From Alphaproteobacteria bacterium (lineage in GTDB: Bacteria > Pseudomonadota > Alphaproteobacteria > JAAXGF01), in contig CAUVXB020000002.1 of the NCBI GenBank assembly GCA_963555825.3, forward strand, positions 2,528,001-2,592,000: a stretch of DNA of 64,000 nt, written 5' to 3'. The translations under genes and the position numbers were made by a program. Position 1 is the first letter of the stretch. Every line of letters begins with the position of its first letter. Positions 53,349 through 63,296 of the stretch are shown in pieces. The notes under the pieces are model-generated. The model did not search any database. It had not been told where the DNA came from and saw nothing but the letters and a program-made list of their open reading frames with translations.

Positions 53349-53768
53349 ATGATGAGACTCGTGATGGTTTTGGCCCTGTTCGGGCTGGCGGCGGAGGCAG
53401 CCTGGGCCGACGGTATGAAGGACGCGCGGCGCTGCGCCTCGCGATCGGGCGAGCTCGACGTCGACATTTAATACTGCACGCGCGCGATCCTGTCGGGCGA
53501 GTTGCCGGCCGAGTATATGGCCAAGACGTTCCACAACCGTGGCCTCGCCGAATTCAATCTGGGCTGCTTCGAAAACGCGATCGCCGACTTCGGCCGCGCC
53601 ATCATGCTCGCGCCCGATTTCGCGTACGCCCACGCCGACCGCGGCATGGCCTACGAATATCTCGGCCAGATGGACAAGGCGCTGACCAACTACAAATCGA
53701 CTTATGATCTCGGCATCAAGCCCAAGTGGCTGGTCAAGAAGCTGCGCATGAACGGTGCGCTAAACTGA
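53349..53768 (+). pseudogene. Small secreted TPR protein with in-frame TAA (53469-53471)
   Basis: Signal peptide MMRLVMVLALFGLAAEAAWA, then ..DI*YCTRAIL..FHNRG..AIADFGRAI..A.ADRGMAY in one frame. Confidence 0.7.
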
Positions 53769-53804
53769 TCCTCGGTATCAAACCGGGGCCCGCGCGCGGC
53801 GGGC

Positions 53805-54539
53805 CTATTCTGCGGCGGTCAATCGCCCGGTCAAGCCGGCCATGCGCAGCGGCCTCGGCGGGCGCGCGACGTCGGCGAAGGGGCTGAATCCCATCCATTT
53901 CCCGAAACCGGCCGCCAGTTCGCGCGCGCCGTGCAACTCGACGGCCCCCGAACGCACCGCCTCGCGCGCCGGAATGTCGCCGATGGCAACCTTGGTCAGC
54001 GTGCGCAGGTCGGTGGTGACATAGAGGTCGACGTCGAAGCCGGGGTCGTCGATGCACATGTCGACGTCGCCGTCGTCGACGACCAGCCACCAGAGATCGT
54101 AGCGCAGTTTCGGCCGGTCGCTGAAGCTGAACTGGACGACGCTGCGCGTGGCGGGGAATTCACCGGCGTCGATGGCGCCGCTGATCGCCCACATCAAGAG
54201 GCCCGCGTCGAGCTCGTCCTCGCCCAGCACGTTGCGCACCCAGCGCTGGCCCCAGACGCCGAACAGCTCGACGATGGCCGCCGTTTCGCGCCCCGCCACG
54301 GTCAGGTGGTATTCGGGCGCGCGGCCGTCGGCGCCCGAGCGCCGCGCGACGACGCCCGCCGCCTCGAGCTCCTTGAGCCGCCGCGACAGGAGCGACGGCG
54401 AGATCAGCGGCACGCCCTTGCGCAGCTGGTTGAAATGCCGGCAGCCGCCGTGCAGGTCGCGCAGGATCAGCAGCGTCCAGCGCTTGCCGAGGATCTCGGC
54501 GGCCCGGGCGACCGGGCAGTATTGTCCATAGCTTTTCAT
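53805..54539 (-). CDS. HxlR-family winged-helix regulator with SCP2-like C-terminal domain
   Basis: YGQYCPVARAAEILGKRWTLLILR..LSRRLKEL..EYHLT. Confidence 0.88.
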   Translation of the reverse strand: MKSYGQYCPVARAAEILGKRWTLLILRDLHGGCRHFNQLRKGVPLISPSLLSRRLKELEAAGVVARRSGADGRAPEYHLTVAGRETAAIVELFGVWGQRWVRNVLGEDELDAGLLMWAISGAIDAGEFPATRSVVQFSFSDRPKLRYDLWWLVVDDGDVDMCIDDPGFDVDLYVTTDLRTLTKVAIGDIPAREAVRSGAVELHGARELAAGFGKWMGFSPFADVARPPRPLRMAGLTGRLTAAE

Positions 54540-54573
54540 GACCCGAGGCTAACCCGCCCGAGCGCCGCCACCT

Positions 54574-54590
54574 AGTACAACTATTGTACT
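54574..54590. promoter_or_regulatory. Palindromic operator, probably for the HxlR regulator
   Basis: Perfect AGTACAA-CTA-TTGTACT 35 bp upstream of the regulator start. Confidence 0.6.
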
Positions 54591-54648
54591 TGATGGCGGA
54601 CGGGTGGCCGCGCGAGACTTGGCCCAAGCCACATAGTTGGCGCCCTTA

Positions 54649-55770
54649 CTAGTGTCCCGATTCCGAAGTTCGCATGATTTTCGCCTGCTGTTCAGCGATT
54701 TCGATTGTTCGGAGGCAGAAGCGCTGGATGGCGCCGAGGATGTCATCGGCGGATTTGGTCCATTTGAAGGGTTTGGGGTTCTGGTTTGTCGTGTCGATGT
54801 AGTCGAGGATGGTGCGCTCCAGCTCCTTGGTGGAGCGATGGACGCCGCGCCTGATCTGTTTGTCGGTCAGCAGCCCGAACCAGCGCTCGACCTGGTTGAG
54901 CCAGGAGGCGCTGGTGGGTGTGAAATGGGCCTGCCAGCGCGGCCGTTTGGCGAACCAGTCGCGGATCGCCTTGGTCTTGTGGGTCCCGTAGTTGTCCATG
55001 ACGATGTGGATGTCGAGATCAGCAGGGACGTTCGCCTCGACGAGGTCGAGGAATTTGCGGAACTCTCGGGCCCGATGGCGCGGGAAACATTTGCCGATGA
55101 TCTCTCCCGTGGCGATGTCGAGGGCCGCGAAGAGAGAGGTCGTGCCGTGGCGCTTGTAGTCGTGGCTGCGCCGCTCCGCCTGCCCGGGGCGCATCGGCAA
55201 GAGGGGCTGGGAACGGTCCAAGGCCTGGATCTGGCTCTTTTCGTCGACACAGAGAACCAGGGCACGATCCGGCGGCGCCAAATACAGACCGACGATGTCG
55301 CGGACCTTCTCCACGAAGAAGGGATCGCTCGACAGCTTGAAGGTCTCCGAGCGATGCGGCTGCAAGCCGAAGGCCCGCCAGATGCGATGAATGGTCGAGG
55401 GCGCGTGGCCGCTCGCCCGCGCCATCGAGCGAAGGCTCCAATGGGTCGCGTCCGGCGGCGTCTCTTCCAGCGTCAGCCGGACCGCTTCCGCGATGGCGTC
55501 ATCGCCGATTTGACGCGGCGCGCCGGGGCGGGGTTCGTCGTACAGACCGTCGAGGCCCTCCGCCGCATAGCGGCGACGCCACTTGCCCACGGTGTCCGCG
55601 CTCGCCTCGAGACGAACGGCGATCTCCTTGTTCTCCAACCCTTCCGCCGCCGCCAAGACGATCCGAGCCCGCCGCGCAAGCCCCTGCGACGTCTTGCGAC
55701 GACGAGACAGCGCCTCCAATTCGGCGCGCTCGTCATCGCTCAAAGAGATCGTCACCGCCACTCTCGCCAT
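54649..55770 (-). CDS. IS630 transposase
   Basis: [40 protein letters not shown]. Confidence 0.93.
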   Translation of the reverse strand: MARVAVTISLSDDERAELEALSRRRKTSQGLARRARIVLAAAEGLENKEIAVRLEASADTVGKWRRRYAAEGLDGLYDEPRPGAPRQIGDDAIAEAVRLTLEETPPDATHWSLRSMARASGHAPSTIHRIWRAFGLQPHRSETFKLSSDPFFVEKVRDIVGLYLAPPDRALVLCVDEKSQIQALDRSQPLLPMRPGQAERRSHDYKRHGTTSLFAALDIATGEIIGKCFPRHRAREFRKFLDLVEANVPADLDIHIVMDNYGTHKTKAIRDWFAKRPRWQAHFTPTSASWLNQVERWFGLLTDKQIRRGVHRSTKELERTILDYIDTTNQNPKPFKWTKSADDILGAIQRFCLRTIEIAEQQAKIMRTSESGH

Positions 55771-55833
55771 CAATCGCGCCTCCTGAAAACAAATAGAGAC
55801 ATAATCATATCAATTTATCGATCAGGACACTAG
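54649..55833 (-). mobile_element. IS630-family element
   Basis: Ends CTAGTGTCCCGAT / ATCAGGACACTAG with CTAG at both sides. Confidence 0.9.
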
Positions 55834-55846
55834 CGAGGAAAGAACC

Positions 55847-57292
55847 ATGTCCGGACTAACCGCAACGAACCGCGACGGCAACGGAACCGTCACCATCGAC
55901 GCCGAAGCGGTCGAGGCCTTCGTGGCCGGCCACCGCGGCCCGTGTCTCACCGCCGCCGCCGACGGCTACGACGCGGCGCGCGTCATCTGGAACGGTTCGG
56001 CCGACAAGCGCCCGGCGATCATCGCCCAATGCGTCGGCGCCGCCGACGTCATCGACGCGGTCAACTTCGCGCGCCAGCACGACCTCCGTGTCGCGGTGCG
56101 CGGCGGTGGCCACAACGTCGCCGGCAACGCGGTGTGCGACGACGGCATCGTCATCGATCTCTCGGCGATGAACGGCGTGCGCGTCGACGTCGCGGGGCGG
56201 ACCGCGCGCGCCGGCGGCGGCTGCACGCTGGGCGACGTCGACCGCGAGACCCAGGCCTTCGGCCTCGCCGCGCCCTTGGGCGTGGTCTCGTTGACCGGCA
56301 TCGCGGGGCTCACCTTATGCGGCGGGCTGGGCTGGCTGCGCCGCAAGCACGGCATGGCCTGCAACGCGCTGGTCTCGGTCGACATCGTCACCGCCGACGG
56401 CAATCTGGTGACCGCCAGCAAGGACGACAACGCCGATCTGTTTTGGGCCGTGCGCGGCGGCGGCGGCAACTTCGGCGTCGTCACCTCGTTCGAATACCGG
56501 CTCTACCCGGTCGGGCCGATGGTGACGCTCTGCGCGCCGTTCTACCGGCTCGGCGACGACGCCGCCAAGATCATGGCTCGCTGGAACGACTTCATGGCGA
56601 CGGCGCCCGAGGACGTCTCGTCGAACTTCATGTTCTGGAGCATCCCTCCGGTTCCCGGTTTCCCCGAGGCGCTGCACGGCACGCCCGTCGTGATCACCGC
56701 GGCGGTCCATTCGGGCGCGCTCGAGGACGGCGAGAAGCTGCTCCAGCCGCTGCGCGAGCTGGGCGAGCCGATTCTCGACCTCAGCGGGCCGGTTCCCTAC
56801 AACGGCGTGCAGACCGCCTTCGATCCGCTGTTCGTCAAGGGCGAGCGGCTGAACTACTGGAAGTCGCTCTACCTCGACCGCATCGACGACGCCGCCATCG
56901 ACCGCATCGTCGCGCGCGCCAACGACCGGCCCAATCCCTGGTCGCTGATCGCGTTCTGGCACCTGGGCGGCGCCATGAACCGCGTCGACCCGGCCGAGAC
57001 CGCGCTCGGCGTGCGCGACGCGGCCTATCTCTACAGCCTCGACACCTCGTGGACCGACCACGCCGACGACGCGCGCGCGATCGGCTGGACGCGCGACGCC
57101 TGGGCCGAGATGCAGGACTATTCGAGCGGCGCCGTCTATCTCAACTTCCCGGGCCAGGGCGAGGAGGGCGAAAAGCTGATGCGCGCGTCTTACGGCGACG
57201 CCAACTACGAGCGCCTGGTCGCACTCAAGACCAAATACGACCCGACCAACCTGTTCCGCATGAACCAGAACATCAAGCCGAACGGCGGCTGA
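55847..57292 (+). CDS. FAD-binding oxidoreductase (berberine bridge enzyme / 6-hydroxy-D-nicotine oxidase-like)
   Basis: RGGGHN, GGGGNFGVVT, YLNF, KYDPTNLFRMNQNI. Confidence 0.9.
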   Translation: MSGLTATNRDGNGTVTIDAEAVEAFVAGHRGPCLTAAADGYDAARVIWNGSADKRPAIIAQCVGAADVIDAVNFARQHDLRVAVRGGGHNVAGNAVCDDGIVIDLSAMNGVRVDVAGRTARAGGGCTLGDVDRETQAFGLAAPLGVVSLTGIAGLTLCGGLGWLRRKHGMACNALVSVDIVTADGNLVTASKDDNADLFWAVRGGGGNFGVVTSFEYRLYPVGPMVTLCAPFYRLGDDAAKIMARWNDFMATAPEDVSSNFMFWSIPPVPGFPEALHGTPVVITAAVHSGALEDGEKLLQPLRELGEPILDLSGPVPYNGVQTAFDPLFVKGERLNYWKSLYLDRIDDAAIDRIVARANDRPNPWSLIAFWHLGGAMNRVDPAETALGVRDAAYLYSLDTSWTDHADDARAIGWTRDAWAEMQDYSSGAVYLNFPGQGEEGEKLMRASYGDANYERLVALKTKYDPTNLFRMNQNIKPNGG

Positions 57293-57370
57293 CCCGCGGT
57301 GAGTTGATGTCGACGTCGGAGGGCGTTAAAGTCTTGATCTGAATGAAATGGAACTGGGTGGGGGGACACC

Positions 57371-57721
57371 ATGACCAGAAGGCTCGGCGTCACGCGTCGC
57401 GGCGCGTTGGGGCTCATCTTCGGCGCATCCAGCCTGATCTATGCGGCGGGAACGGCGCTGGCCAGCAGCTCGGCGGTGGCGACGCCGGGCGAGTCGGTCA
57501 CGATCAAGACGAACAAGGGCTCCCGCTACACTTGGGTGAAATTCATTAACCAGGGGCCCGGCGCGGCGGAGATCGAGATCGCGAGTCCCAACGTCAACGA
57601 AACCTTCGTGATCGCGGACGGTGGCACCGTCGAGATGACAAAGAGCTTCGGAACCCGATCGACGCGCATCACCAACAACAGCACCACGGCCACCGTCAGG
57701 ATCGATTCGCGCTGGCTATAA
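57371..57721 (+). CDS. Small putative Tat-exported hypothetical protein
   Basis: TRRGAL followed by a hydrophobic stretch and ALA; beta-rich mature part. Confidence 0.6.
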   Translation: MTRRLGVTRRGALGLIFGASSLIYAAGTALASSSAVATPGESVTIKTNKGSRYTWVKFINQGPGAAEIEIASPNVNETFVIADGGTVEMTKSFGTRSTRITNNSTTATVRIDSRWL

Positions 57722-57755
57722 CGCCGGCGCGGATTTCAACCAAGCGGCCGAGGTG

Positions 57756-60700
57756 ATGGGCCGCTGCCTGCGCGCGCTTGCGCTGCTGTCGGTGCTGGTC
57801 TCGACATTCGTGACCGGTGCATCGGGCCAACAGTCGGATGCCGATCTTCGGGGCCTCGGCGAGATGTTCGGCTGGGCGAGCGGCTGCCGTTGCCTCGAGT
57901 ACAATATCGCGACGCTCGAAAAGCACATGGCATCGCTGTTCCCGCAGTATTCCGAGCAGCAAATCAAGACGATCCTCCAATGGGCGCATTGGGGCCGCAA
58001 GGAATCCGACCTCGTCGATACCAGCTCCCAGGGCTGCTTTCAGGCCTGCGAGGCGGCCGGGCGCGCACAGTTCTTCGACCGGGTGAACGCGGCGATCGCC
58101 GGCTTCGCCGACAGCGGACGCGATGTGCTCGCGCGCGCCAACAGCCTGTTCGACGAGGCGCGCTATGCCGAGGCCGAACCGCTATACAAGAGCTATCTGG
58201 CCGAGCATGTGAGGCGCGGCGACGCCGATACCGGCTTGGTCGCGCTGGCATTCAACAATCTGGCGCTGCTCTACTCGACGCAGGGCCGCTATGACGAGGC
58301 CGAGCCGCTGTTCGAGCGTGGCTTGGCGATCAGGCGCAAGCTCTTCGGCGCGGCGCATCCCGAGGTCGCGCAGTCGCTCGCCGGCTTGGCGTCGCTCTAC
58401 GACGGACAAGGCCGCTACGGCGAGGCCGAGCCGTTCTATCGCGAAGCCTTGTCGATCCGTGAAGCGTCGCTTGGCGCCGAGCACCCCGACGTCGCCGCCA
58501 GCCTGGGTCAGCTCGCCGGCCTCTTGGTGAGCCAGGGCCGCTACGGCGCCGCGGACGCTCTCTATCGGCGCGCCCTCGGCATTCAGGAGCGAAACCTAGG
58601 GACGGATCATCCGGATGTCGCCGGCACCTTGAACAGCATCGCCGGACTACGCGTCAGCCAAGGCCTCTACGACGATGCCGAGGCCCTGCATCTGCGCGCC
58701 CTGCGCATCAGGGAAACCGCCTTCGGCGTCGATCATCCGGTCATCGGGCAAAGCGTCTCGAACCTCGCGCTGCTGTACGACATCCAGGGGCGTTACGGCG
58801 CGGCCGAGCCGCTGCACCGCCCCGCGCTGGCGATCTGGGAGACCGCCTTCGGCATCGACCACCCCAACGTCGCCGCCATGATGAACAATCTCGCGGTCGC
58901 CTTCGCCATCCAGGGCCGCTACGCCGAGGCGGCGCCGCTCTATGAGCGCGCGCTCGCCATTCGCGAGGTGGCGCTCGGCGCCGATCACCCCGATGTCGCC
59001 GGTGGCTTGAACAACCTCGCCTGGGTCTACGCGCGCGAGGGACGCTATGACGATGCAGTCGCGTTGCACCGCCGCGCGCTGGCCATCCGCGAGGCGGCGC
59101 TCGGGTCCGCCCATCCCGACGTCGCGGGCAGCCTGAAAAACCTGGCGAGCCTCTACGTCCGGCAACGCAGCGACGTCGACGTCGAGCCGATGCTGCGCCG
59201 CGCGCTGGCGATCCGCCAGGCGGCGTTCGGCGCCGACCACCCGCTGGTCGCCGAGAGTCTCAGTCAGCTTGCCGGGTATCTCGCGACCGACGGCGACCGG
59301 GCCGAAGCGGAACGGCTGTTCGGGCAGGCGATCGCGGCCAGCGAGAAGGCGTTGGGCGCCGACCATCCGACCGTGGCGACGCAGCTCGACGGCCTCGCCG
59401 GGCTCTATCAGGCGCAAGGCCGGATAGCCGAAGCGCTGGGGCTCGCGCGCCGCGCCACCGCGGTCTTCCGCGACCGCGCCGCGCGCGCCAGCGGCGATCT
59501 CTCCTCCGGCCAACTGCGCGAGCAGGCGAGTGTGCGGCACATCTTCCTGCGCCACGTCGACCTCGCCACGGCGGGCGCCGCGCCCACGGCCACGGCGCTG
59601 AACGAGGGGTTCGAGGCCGGTCAGCTCGCCCAGGCGACCGATGCGGCGCAAGCCGTGGCGCGCATGGGCGCCCGCTTCGCGGCCGGCGACGACGGCTTGG
59701 CGAAGGCGGTGCGCGCGCGCCAGGACGCCGTCGAGTGCTGGCGCAGGTTGGACACACAGTTGATCGAGGCGGTGAGTTCTTCGCCCGAGGCCCGTGACCG
59801 CGCCGTCGAGGAACGCCTGCGCGCCGAAACCGCTCGGCTCGAAGCGCGCATCGCCGAACTCGACAAACGGCTGGCACGCGAATTCCCCGAATTCGCCGAG
59901 CTCGCCAGCTCGAAACCACTGACGGTATCGGACGTCCAACGATTGCTCGCACCGACCGAGGCGTTGATGACCTACCTGGTCGGCGAACGGTTCAGCTATC
60001 TCTGGGTCATGCGGGGCGACCGCGTGGCGTTCCATCGCATCGACGTCGCTCGCCAGGAGATCGAGGACGCCGTGACCGTGCTTCGGTCCGGCCTGGACCA
60101 ATCGGGCATCAGGACCGTCGGCGACATCAGGCCGTTCGACGTCGAAGAGGCGTTCCTGCTCTATGCGCAAATCTTCGCCCCGGCCGAGGCCGCCCTCGAC
60201 GGCGCCAGCCACGTGTTCGTGGTACCCGATTCCGCGCTTCGCGCCTTGCCTCTCGGCGTTCTCGTCACGGCCGAGCCGAAGCGCCGCATACGGAAGCTTT
60301 CCGCCTACCGCGACGTGCCGTGGCTCGCAAAGTCGTACGCCTTCACGACGCTGCCCTCGGTGTCGTCGCTGCGCGCACTCCGGCTGTTCGCCAAGGCGAC
60401 CCGCGCGACGCGGCCCTTCGCCGGCTTCGGCGATCCGCTGCTCGACGGCGACCCGGGCGGCGGTCGCGGCGTCGACGTGGCGATCCTGTTCCAGCGCGGC
60501 GCCGTCGCCGACGTTGAATCGGTGCGCCAGTTGCCGCGTCTGCCCGAGACCGCCGACGAGCTGAACGCGATCGCACGCAGCATGGGCGCCGACACCGACG
60601 CGGTATATCTGCGGGAGCGCGCGACCGAGGCGCTGGCGCGGTCGGAAGACCTGTCGCGCTTCCGCATCCTCGCCTTCGCCACCCACGGCCTGATCGCCGG

Positions 60701-61148
60701 CGATATCAAGGGCGTCGCCGAGCCCGCCCTGGTGATGACGCCGCCCGAGGTCGGCAGCGAGCAGAACGACGGGCTGCTGACCGCGAGCGAGATCGCGACA
60801 CTCGATCTCGACGCCGACTGGGTGATTCTGTCGGCCTGCAACACCGCCGCCGCGGACGGCACGCCCGGCGGCGAGGGCTTGTCGGGGCTCGCCAAGGCGT
60901 TCTTCTTCGCCGGCGCGCGGGCGCTCTTGGTGTCGCACTGGTCGGTCGCTTCCGACGCGACGGTCAAGCTGACCACCGGCATGCTGGGCGCGCTCGCGAA
61001 GGACCCGGCGATCGGCCGCGCCGAATCGCTCAGGCGCGCGATGCTCGCCCTGATGGCCGACGAGGAGAAACTGTACTTCGCCCACCCGATGTTCTGGGCG
61101 CCCTTCGTCGTCGGCGGCGGCGAGGGCGCCGCCGCCGCCGCCGGCTAG
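57756..61148 (+). CDS. Signal-peptide TPR-repeat CHAT (caspase-like) protease
   Basis: About ten 42-aa HPxVAxxLNNLA TPRs; VVPD, FGDP, LPETADE, ATHG, LSACNT, HPMFWAPF. Confidence 0.9.
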   Translation: MGRCLRALALLSVLVSTFVTGASGQQSDADLRGLGEMFGWASGCRCLEYNIATLEKHMASLFPQYSEQQIKTILQWAHWGRKESDLVDTSSQGCFQACEAAGRAQFFDRVNAAIAGFADSGRDVLARANSLFDEARYAEAEPLYKSYLAEHVRRGDADTGLVALAFNNLALLYSTQGRYDEAEPLFERGLAIRRKLFGAAHPEVAQSLAGLASLYDGQGRYGEAEPFYREALSIREASLGAEHPDVAASLGQLAGLLVSQGRYGAADALYRRALGIQERNLGTDHPDVAGTLNSIAGLRVSQGLYDDAEALHLRALRIRETAFGVDHPVIGQSVSNLALLYDIQGRYGAAEPLHRPALAIWETAFGIDHPNVAAMMNNLAVAFAIQGRYAEAAPLYERALAIREVALGADHPDVAGGLNNLAWVYAREGRYDDAVALHRRALAIREAALGSAHPDVAGSLKNLASLYVRQRSDVDVEPMLRRALAIRQAAFGADHPLVAESLSQLAGYLATDGDRAEAERLFGQAIAASEKALGADHPTVATQLDGLAGLYQAQGRIAEALGLARRATAVFRDRAARASGDLSSGQLREQASVRHIFLRHVDLATAGAAPTATALNEGFEAGQLAQATDAAQAVARMGARFAAGDDGLAKAVRARQDAVECWRRLDTQLIEAVSSSPEARDRAVEERLRAETARLEARIAELDKRLAREFPEFAELASSKPLTVSDVQRLLAPTEALMTYLVGERFSYLWVMRGDRVAFHRIDVARQEIEDAVTVLRSGLDQSGIRTVGDIRPFDVEEAFLLYAQIFAPAEAALDGASHVFVVPDSALRALPLGVLVTAEPKRRIRKLSAYRDVPWLAKSYAFTTLPSVSSLRALRLFAKATRATRPFAGFGDPLLDGDPGGGRGVDVAILFQRGAVADVESVRQLPRLPETADELNAIARSMGADTDAVYLRERATEALARSEDLSRFRILAFATHGLIAGDIKGVAEPALVMTPPEVGSEQNDGLLTASEIATLDLDADWVILSACNTAAADGTPGGEGLSGLAKAFFFAGARALLVSHWSVASDATVKLTTGMLGALAKDPAIGRAESLRRAMLALMADEEKLYFAHPMFWAPFVVGGGEGAAAAAG

Positions 61149-62071
61149 CGCCCGCCGCCCATTCGCACCGGATCGCGGCGGAGTTCCTGTGACAGGCAAT
61201 GGACGCCGCCGCCGCCGTGCTGAAACATCGACATGTCGGGCGCATAGACCTCGAAGCCGAGCGCCTCGAGCCGCGCGTTGAGATCGGCGTTGCTGGCCAT
61301 CGACAGGATGCGCTTGTCGCCCAACGGCACGACGTTGCACCCCAGGCGCACGCACTCGCGGTAGCCGACCGGCACCATCTCGATGCCGCGCGCCTCCAAG
61401 GCGTCGGTGACGTAATCCTCGAGCGCGTCCTTGCACACCACGGCCGTCTTCTCGGCGATCATCACGACGAGCGCGTCCATATGCACGAAATGCGCCGGGA
61501 TGGCGACGGTCAGCGCCTCCCAGCCTTCCGCCTCGACCCAGCGCGCGACCTGCATGGCGCCGACCTCTTCCGAGCGCTCGCCGCCATAGCCGAGCAGCAC
61601 GAAGCCGGGTTCGACGATGTCGAAATCGCCACCCTCGAAGTGAGCCGCGGTGACCCAGTGCCAGATCGGGATGCCGGCGCGCCGGTAGAACTCGGCGACC
61701 AGCGCGTAGTCGCGCCGCCGATACGGCGTCTGAATGCTGGTGATCAGCGCGCCCCACGGCGTCATGGCGCTCGAATCGCGCGCATAGACGCTGCACGGCA
61801 GGCCCTCGTCGGCGTCGAGGAAGTGGGTGCGCACGCCGGCGCCGTGGTAGATGTCGACCATCTCGCGGTGCTGGCGCATGGCGAGCTGCTGGTCGAACTG
61901 GATGCCGAGGGTGTCGAGGTTCTCGAAGGTGCGCCGGGCGATCGCGCTGATCGGCCGCCAGCCGAAATGGTCGGGCTTGCCGAGCAACACGTCGCGCAGC
62001 ACGCCGGTCGCGTTGTCGACGCCCCAGCCGTCCGGCCAGGCCTCGCCCGGTATCGTTTCCGTCGTGCTCAT
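61145..62071 (-). CDS. Dimethylarginine dimethylaminohydrolase / amidinotransferase family
   Basis: YARDS, FEGGD, HMD, GGGVHC. Confidence 0.85.
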   Translation of the reverse strand: MSTTETIPGEAWPDGWGVDNATGVLRDVLLGKPDHFGWRPISAIARRTFENLDTLGIQFDQQLAMRQHREMVDIYHGAGVRTHFLDADEGLPCSVYARDSSAMTPWGALITSIQTPYRRRDYALVAEFYRRAGIPIWHWVTAAHFEGGDFDIVEPGFVLLGYGGERSEEVGAMQVARWVEAEGWEALTVAIPAHFVHMDALVVMIAEKTAVVCKDALEDYVTDALEARGIEMVPVGYRECVRLGCNVVPLGDKRILSMASNADLNARLEALGFEVYAPDMSMFQHGGGGVHCLSQELRRDPVRMGGGR

Positions 62072-62098
62072 GCCATCTCTCCCAAACCGCCAACCTAT

Positions 62099-63229
62099 TT
62101 AGAAAACCGACGTCTCGATGATGTCGGCGCCGGCCTGCCGGTCGGCCAGATAGATCAGGCCGCGGTCGTCGATCGTGACGTCGTTGGAACAAACGCGCTC
62201 AAAGCCATCCGGTGGGTCGGGGATATAGTGGCCGACCTCCTCTGGCTGCGCCGGGTCCGTGAGATCGACCAGGCGCAGCCCCTGGGCGAACCAGGCGAAG
62301 GGGACGACCGGGCCATTCAGGCGTTCGGACGGCTGGTGGCAGCCGGTCATTGCCGGCTGTGGGCCGTCGTCGGCGGCGAGCGAGGCGACCTGGAAGCTCG
62401 AGATCGGCGTCGGCGCGGCCGGCTCGGTGACGTCGTAGAGCGTCACGCCGGCCGGCGGCGACGGCCACAGCTTGGCGACGTCCTCCTCGGCGACGATCAT
62501 GGCCCGTCGGCCATCGCGCGTCTCGGGCAGCACGACGCAGCTATGGGTCGGATGGGCGCGCGCGCCGCCGTTGTCGTGTTCGGCGAGCAGGGCGGGCCGC
62601 GAAGGATCGGCGATGTCGAGGATGAAGAAGCCGTGGTGCCAATAGCTGACGTGGAGCCGGTCGCCGAAGCGCAACGGGTGGTGGCAGCGCATCGACAGCG
62701 CCGCCTCGTCGGCCGGGTAGACCTCGCCGCCGGCGCGCCATTGGCCGGGCGCCCACCAGCGGCCGACCTCCCGCGGGCTCGCGGGCTCGGCGAGGTCGAG
62801 GATCATGACGATGTTGCCGACATAGCCCGCGACGGTCGGCGAGATATAGGCGAAGCGGCCGTCGAAGTCGTAGCGGTGGACGCCCTTGCCGGCGGTCGGC
62901 CACTTGGCGGCCAGGCGCGGGCGTGCCGGCTCGGTGACATCGTAGATGCCCAGGCCGCCCGTGAAATCGGCGACCTCAGCGCCGCCGACGCGCTCGTGGT
63001 TGACGATCATCAGGCCGTCCACGGCGCGCACCTTGTGCGAATGCCAGCCCGGCGGCATCTCGAGGCTGGCTAGCAGCCGGGGCGATGCCGGGTCGGCGAC
63101 GTCGTAGATCGAGGTGCCGTGGGGGGCGCGCATATGGCCGACGTAGAGCGTCTCGCCGTCGACCCAGACCTGGCCGCCGCCGGCGCAATCGATATGCCCG
63201 ATCAACCGGGTGTTCGCCGCCTCCACCAT
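62099..63229 (-). CDS. LVIVD-repeat beta-propeller protein
   Basis: Repeated IYDVADPASP, IYDVTEPARP, ILDLAEPASP, ILDIADPSRP, LVDLTDPAQP. Confidence 0.85.
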   Translation of the reverse strand: MVEAANTRLIGHIDCAGGGQVWVDGETLYVGHMRAPHGTSIYDVADPASPRLLASLEMPPGWHSHKVRAVDGLMIVNHERVGGAEVADFTGGLGIYDVTEPARPRLAAKWPTAGKGVHRYDFDGRFAYISPTVAGYVGNIVMILDLAEPASPREVGRWWAPGQWRAGGEVYPADEAALSMRCHHPLRFGDRLHVSYWHHGFFILDIADPSRPALLAEHDNGGARAHPTHSCVVLPETRDGRRAMIVAEEDVAKLWPSPPAGVTLYDVTEPAAPTPISSFQVASLAADDGPQPAMTGCHQPSERLNGPVVPFAWFAQGLRLVDLTDPAQPEEVGHYIPDPPDGFERVCSNDVTIDDRGLIYLADRQAGADIIETSVF

Positions 63230-63296
63230 GCTGCATTCTCACACGATTCGCGGCATCGCCATCTGCTAATATGCGCCAAACCAGGGAGGACAGACG

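Noticed and set aside
57756-61148. Craspase or type III-E CRISPR system
   Set aside because: No Cas7-11, Csx30/31 or array nearby, and the protein has a signal peptide
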